Assembly: GCA_022813965.1 (NCBI GenBank)
Contig: JALDZS010000030.1
Span: 1 to 64,000, forward strand
DNA length: 64,000 nt
Direction: 5' to 3'
DNA from: Toensbergia leucococca
Taxonomy: Eukaryota
Shown here: positions 57,554 to 64,000 of the stretch, one piece after another
Layout: every line of letters starts with the position of its first letter
Position numbering within the stretch: the first letter of the stretch is position 1
Position numbers and translations under genes: made by a program
The notes under the pieces: generated by a model
Databases searched by the model: none
The model's input: only the letters and a program-made list of their open reading frames with translations
What the model was told of the DNA's origin: nothing

Positions 57554-60110
57554 TCATTGCGCCACCACAAAAGGCCTGAAGAACATCACCCCCGGTGCTC
57601 CCCCCGGCGTGACAGCAACATCAACACTACTCCCATACGCCTGCTTGGCACTCAGACTGTGTGTCGTAATGGCTGAGTAGAGCGCATACGGACCCGTCTT
57701 GCCGATCAGGGGGAGCGAAGCCGTTGTGGAGGTGTCGATAAGGGGGCTGACCGTTCCGAATTGAGGTGTGGGGATTGCGAAGGTTGCTGTTAGGGAGGTG
57801 GGTGGGGTTGTGGTTAGGTACTAGGGGCGGTCGCGGGTGTGGATTAGTTTGATTAATTGCGTAACGGTTTGTTGTGGGGAGTGCTAATGTGGGGATGCCA
57901 GTATCAAATCTTATAAGATACTTGTTACCAGGAAAAGGGTGAGGAATAAAGTGCGCGAACCCATTTCTATGTAAGAGACTTACGGCAACAGTTGTGTTCG
58001 CAGTATAAGTCTGGACGATACTGAGAGCGGGGCTCGTGGAGAAAGCCGGCGGGGAGGGCGAGACGGATGAGAGTGCGGGGACGACGAACATGGAGTCCTG
58101 GAAGGAGAACGTTTGACCGGAAACGGTGAGTCCGGAGACGCCCGTGGTCGCTGGGAAATTCAGGATAAAGGGATACGAGTAGGTGGGACCCCAGATGCCG
58201 GTTCCGGTGTCTTTCGCGAGGTTGGTGGTTGCTTTGACGGATGTTTTAGATGCCTTTCCATTGCGACCAATCAATGAGACGCTGTGCCAAATCAGCTTGT
58301 GGACTTAGGCCCGACAGTGAGCTCGCCTACGTCAAACTGCTTGGGGCGGCGGTAGATCCAGCAATTTGGATATACTGGTTTGAGTCAGTATGTTAGAATG
58401 TACACGAGTGCAAAACGGGGGCTGCGGACCCGGAAGAATCCTGAGAGAGTCATGTTACCTTTCCAGTCAACGCTGAGAAAGATATCAGCTGGCTTCAAAT
58501 TGGTAGTTGTTGTGGGGTCCACTGCAGCTGTCAATTGAACTGATCCAGGAACGGTCTTGTGTAGCATCAGCGTTAGCAATCAGTGTTAATACATCAGACA
58601 CGAACCTCTATCATCCGTTGAAATATATCTGCACATTGTGCGGAAAAGTAATCAGCGGATTGGGATAACCTGACTAGTTATATTAGCACGTTCAACATAC
58701 TCTGACTTGGAGGCACACCTCTCTATGGTTGAGTTTTGGTCAGAATTATATAGACGTAGGTCTGACTGGACAGTCTTGTTCGTAGTTGTGACAAGAGAGC
58801 CGCCGCGATTACCGGTGCCATGAACATAATCATTGACACTGATATTCATCAGTTGAAGTTCTTTGAGATAAATACCTGAACGAACGTATCAATGTCAAAG
58901 ATAGCCACGGTCTCGTCGAATGCAACTCGACCATCTGTATTAGTGGGCCCGACTGCTGTGGCTGGTACTATAATCACCTCAGTGGTCAGCTTCTGATGTA
59001 TAGAACATATGGCCTTTAGTCAACTTTGAATCATCAGTGCTTGAACATAGCTATCTTTGATTTCCTATCCGGGCGTTTGTTTCCAATCTCCTGTGGCTAA
59101 TGATTCAAACACCAAAAGCTTTGAACCTCGTGAGCTTCGCTTATTACGAGATATTGAGATGAAGTACCGGCGAATGTAGAACATGCTAGCTTACCGACTT
59201 GAGGAAAAATTGAACGATGAACACTATGCCCGTTTAATACAAAACTAAGCGGCATTCCACGGTTTTTAGTACTCTCGACTCACCCTCCCATCGTATGTCC
59301 GCAGGTTGTCAAGGTAATTGTATCACCCGTATTGAAACCAGCATTCGAGAAGTCGGTCAATGTTGTCGAAATATCGGTCTCGGGTTCTGGAACCCCAAAC
59401 GGGCCTGCCAGTGTGGCGTCTATACGACCGCCTCGTAATTCAACATGTGGGCCTCCACAGGCTCCGACAGCCATTACGGTGCCTAATGCGATGAGATCCG
59501 CCACTATTACCCGGACAATAAGATAGGAACGTCAGGGACACGGACAACGAGGACTCACTTGACACCTTGTCACTTATAAAAAAGCTGAAAAAGGAAAGTG
59601 CATCATTGAATGCAGGTCCCACGTTTTCAGGGCGCTGAGTCTCGAATCCAATGGACGCATCAAGGCCCCCACTTTGAGTATAGATGTTCGCAGTAACAAA
59701 ATCATCTGCAATGCTTTTTAGCCTTTTTCTTGTCGGCTACACCAGAACAGATGGAGTCTTGAAAACACGGCAAGAGATTGGATTGGAAAGTGTAACAGAA
59801 AGCTGAACTTCACGACAAGCTTGATCACATATCTCGGACTGTTTGAAGTAAATGGGACATTACGGAAAGCAGTACGAATCCATTCAGCTGATGTCTGTCG
59901 GCCAAGGTTATTATTGGGCTGACCGGTGGTAGGGTCAATATAATTTGAGCAAGGCGTAATAGCGGACATGAAGCCATTGGAAGCGGAATCAAAATAAAGA
60001 TGCTCAAGTTCTTTGATAGTGAGAGCCTGCGCGTCTGGGAGATATTGAGCAGTGACAATGTACAAAGCGTCAAAGAGCATGCATAAACAAAGGTAGGTGA
60101 TTAGCATCAT
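57554..60110 (-). CDS. Secreted heme peroxidase (peroxidase-catalase superfamily, hybrid type-B-like)
   Basis: Signal peptide; AEWIRTAF|HD (distal Arg/His), GGLDASIGFE, ADLIALG, RGGRIDA, GVPEP, CGHTMGG|VH (proximal His) and SDLRLY. Many introns, including a ~29-nt exon at ~59195-59223. Confidence 0.88.
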
Positions 60111-62963
60111 GTCAGTGCTCGGCCCTGATAGGCTCAGAAATTGTGATGTCGTGTGAAACAGTGCAAGAGGGAGAGCGATGGGAGATCAAGTAGATAATAT
60201 AGCTCATATCGAATTCGAGAGTTGAGACAGCGAGCATAACGGCTCAGCTGGCCTCCTTCTACTTCCTCTCCTACCTCATTAGGTCTCTCGCTACGAAGTA
60301 GCCTACTGTGAGTTTGCGATGCAGATGTTGAACTTACTGCATGCATAGCCCTAGCACCGGATGCTTAGATGTGGTTGGAAAGCGGAGAGCCGAGAAGGGG
60401 TAAGAAAGTACCTTACTACATAGAGCTAGAGTAGTAGCGGTCCAGACGTGACGGGAGCGCTGCTTTCCCCACACTACTTACCCGACAGCCAATCAAAAGC
60501 AGCCTCCCATACCTCCACCTCGTGTCCAAATCCATCGAGGCCCGCCGTTCGGCGAGAACCCTAATTGATGAAGTTAATTTGACAAGATATAGTGACATTC
60601 TTCTCGTCGAGCCCGATCAAGCCATCCGTGTGCGTGCCATTCTAGAAGAACGATTTTTGTGTTGAGAAAATAGACTTAGATGTTCCTGTTGCCTTGAAAC
60701 TGTCTGTACAATCATTTCCCTTTCGGCTGCACATGGCTTCAAATGCGAGTCAACGAAAAACAATAGGCTATTTCACCGATTGAGAAAAATCGGCTCGCAT
60801 TCGAGGACCAAAGAACAGCCAACATCAGAAACACTGCCTTGCGATTCCCCTCGTGTAGACTCAAATTTTATCAGAAGTGTGGACTTAGGAACACATTATC
60901 GATTGAGTCTGATTTCGGGAGCTGTAGGTAGATGAATTGCTAGTTCGAGTAGCTTTTGAAGATTAAACGGACGTCAAAGGGGGGTACTATCATCAGACTA
61001 TAGACCATGTTCCGGATTAGGAGTTACAATACTACCGACGCTTTGGTAGTCAATGAATGAAGATGACCAATAGGCGTAAAGTTGACCTCGATACTGTCAC
61101 TACACCATCACGCATACTACATCAGACTAGAAATTAGCACAGCACTTATAGTCTCACACGTAAGCAGCATTCGCTCACCTCTCACAGCTGATGCTTGATA
61201 TCCTTGGTGCCGCCTACCGCAAGACCGAACATCAAACACGACTTTAAGGCTTTGAAGAGGCGCGAGTAAGATGATGCGGGGCGGTAGGGAGGTGAAGTTG
61301 CTTCACTATGCCGGGTGTTAGAGGCTTACCTGAGCGGGAATGTCGAAGCCGGGCGCTGAGATTGTTTCCTGCAAACTAGACGCTGCGTGCTAGATTTATA
61401 TTTGCTCAAGCGTGTGTGGCCCAATGGGGTAGCTGGGCTACTAGGAAGCAGTGTAATCAATTTGATGACATCCTCTGAACAGTAGGGCGGTAGTGTTCAA
61501 GCCTCTACTTTGAATTGTTGCTTCGGCGGGAATCTGGTGTATTTGGGGTCGAGGGTATGCTGGAGTGGACTGGGGTGAGGCTGTCTGATCGACTGTTGAC
61601 GGGTAATTAAATCTCTACCATAGATGGGGTAAATAAAGGTTTGACCAGTGTATTATAATTCGCGAGAGGTTTTCTGGTTGATCACTAGCCAAAGCATAAC
61701 CTGCATCAGAAGTCAATTGCAGCCTCAATCAACCGTCAAATCGCTGCAGTTGTCACAAGACCGGTGAGATCGACCCGGCAGCAGCCTCAACAAAGGGACC
61801 GGGAAGTAGGGTTGCGCCTAGAATGGATACTAGCGGCTAAGGACGAAAGTGAGAATTTATTTCCGTCTGTGCTAGCCATTGAGATGGTCGCTTCACTTTT
61901 TGTCATGCCAACGACCCACGCATGTCGGACGTGGAATAGATTAAGATGGTGGGGAGAGCGCCTCATGGTTGCCTTGCGTTTAGAAGGTGGTGTGGTGCTT
62001 GCGGGGACGGGACGGCTAATTTCTGAAGGGGTGGAGATCGACAGATTGAATTACCCGGATGAGGGAGAAGCATTGCTGCCCAACTTCATGGTATTCATGA
62101 TTGAGGAGGAAGGGAGATGCTTGAAGGATAGTAGAGTGAAGCGGTGTTGAAGACCATCTAAGGAGGAGTATTAGAATGAGACAAGTTCCCCTGATGTTGA
62201 AAACGTTGCGACTTCAACTTGATCGATGCCCAACTCGCTTGATTCGGGCATCATGATGATGAACTATTACCCCAGGGCACAAGGCGGGTATCCATCGCAT
62301 GACCAGCTCTCGGCGAATAGCAAGCCCCTTCCCAAGCGTTTGCAGTTCCCGCTAATCATAAGGGAGCTGTTGTCGGGAAGAATAGGGGGTCGTGGGAGTT
62401 GGCGATGCTGATACCTAATTAGCCCTCTGCATCAGGCACTACAGAATCACTTCCATTCCGACTCGGTTGGCGTAAAGCATTGACACTAGATATGCGAGAC
62501 TCTTTGCAAGGCGAATTTGTTAAGGCTCCGTGTCCGAATAGCACAAATGGATCGGGAGGCGTTTTCATGGGCTGATTATTGAGTGCAACAGCTTTTCCAC
62601 CCTTCAAACCAGCAAGCCATGCCTTTTAAGGATTTCATGCTGTGAAGGTATCATGAGCGTGCTCGATGGTATACCGTTAAATTGGTAATCTTGTTTTGAT
62701 TCATTTCTCTGTTGACCGTTCCTCCTTTTGACCGATTCTCCCTGACCGGTCGCTAAATTGTCTCATACACTGGTTTGACCACTGACCTACCATATATTTC
62801 CTTTTCCCCAGCTTTTCCTAGATCATTTCGTCCGTTCTGAAATTTGTTGCTTATATATATATATGCAAATTTTCATATAACGGCAAGCGCTCTTGTTCTT
62901 GATCGGTTCAGAGAGCTACCTTCAGCCAACCAGATACCGGCAGTGATCATTTGAGACTGTAGC

Positions 62964-64000
62964 ATGATGGCTCATTCTAACCATATAGAGGTCAACCAAA
63001 ACGGTCAAAGACAAGTGCGATATTCACTGGAGCCGCTCGCCATTCCGACTCCTGACAACTCGGTTTCAACCCCTTCCACGGGTAGTATCAATGACCCTCA
63101 TAATGTCCAACGTTCTTCCCTTGACACTCCGTTCTCGGGAGAATGCCCCACTCCGTTGGGTACTCAGTGGACGCCTTCGGAGATGCCCGTTAATGGAATG
63201 CTGCATGGCGAGTTGGATGAACCGGGAATGTTTACCGAATTATTCTTTGAGACCGCTGCCGATGATATGGATCTGGATCTTACATACCAAGACCCTAATC
63301 TTGGTGTTGGCATATTTGAAGATCAATCGACTCTGTCGAGATACAGTGATGCTCAGTCGACTGTTCAGCACATTGGATATGGCAGAGCCGTTGGCAATGG
63401 TGGCGCCTTTACGCAGAATCCAGGTATGCTAGGATGAGAAGCTGAAATTGGCGCGAAGCTAACATTTGACGTGGCCTCAGACCAACAGTATGTTATGTTA
63501 CAGGCGAACGTTGGCACCGAAGATGCTCTTCTATATCAGCCACTGCTATATGCTCAAGAGTCTCCGGATGTTCCGAGCAGTATTATACCTCCCAGTTATT
63601 CGTATGGACCTCGCCATGTACCCTTAGACTTATCCAATGATGACCCGTGGTCCTCATTCAGTGTTCCTATGAACTTCCTGAACACCCCTCTCTCAGCAAA
63701 CCAGCCCCTCTTTGGACCACCAAGTGAAAATCCTTACGTCACGTTTGGCGATGACTCTCTCGATCCTAACGGTTCTGATTTTTCAAGTTCAACCGAGTAC
63801 CGGCAAGTTGAATCAACGTCCAGCGCAGAACGACATTCAGAAGGGATAGAAAAACCTCCACCGGATAATCCAGTTGGGCCTCCGACCAATCTGGACGAGG
63901 CTTCTGTTCATTCACCGGAGGTTAACTCCCCCAAAACGAAGAAAAAGGGAGGTAGAAAGAAAGGCACTCAGCTTAATCCTCAAAGCCGACATAATGCTGG
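62964..64000 (+). CDS. Hypothetical protein, partial at window edge; possible transcription factor
   Basis: ATG 62964, intron 63424-63480, open to the edge. An acidic/Pro/Ser-rich region ends in basic KKKGGRKKGTQLNPQSRHNA, a pattern that often precedes a Zn2Cys6 cluster (not visible here). Confidence 0.6.

Noticed and set aside
60134..62900. Small ORFs between the peroxidase and the last gene
   Set aside because: Mostly non-ATG starts with no coding signature; treated as a divergent intergenic region.

Overview
Eukaryotic DNA from a filamentous ascomycete (Pezizomycotina): short GT-AG introns with CTRAC-type branch sites. A lichen-forming Lecanoromycete is plausible but unproven. Most of the window is housekeeping genes: hxB/MOCOS, ATG5, PRP39, PRP28, MRPL25, an M1 aminopeptidase, ATG1, dolichol kinase, DPH6, a Seb1/MsnA-type C2H2 factor, a GT69 mannosyltransferase, a thioredoxin-PITH protein, DPH4, an SMP/C2 Mug190-like protein and a secreted heme peroxidase. 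A Tc1/mariner end lies at the left edge. The ~34-48 kb block is accessory-looking. It holds the standout feature at 39.75-42.87 kb: a spliced, three-gene cassette resembling a prokaryotic MNT-HEPN (MntA/HepT, DUF86) toxin-antitoxin module. A minimal nucleotidyltransferase (exact GSX10DXD motif) fused to a degenerate HEPN domain sits between two outward-pointing HEPN RNase paralogs with RX4H motifs. All three HEPN-like domains carry a phase-0 intron at the same position. Gene models, alignments and family assignments were made by eye, without database searches.
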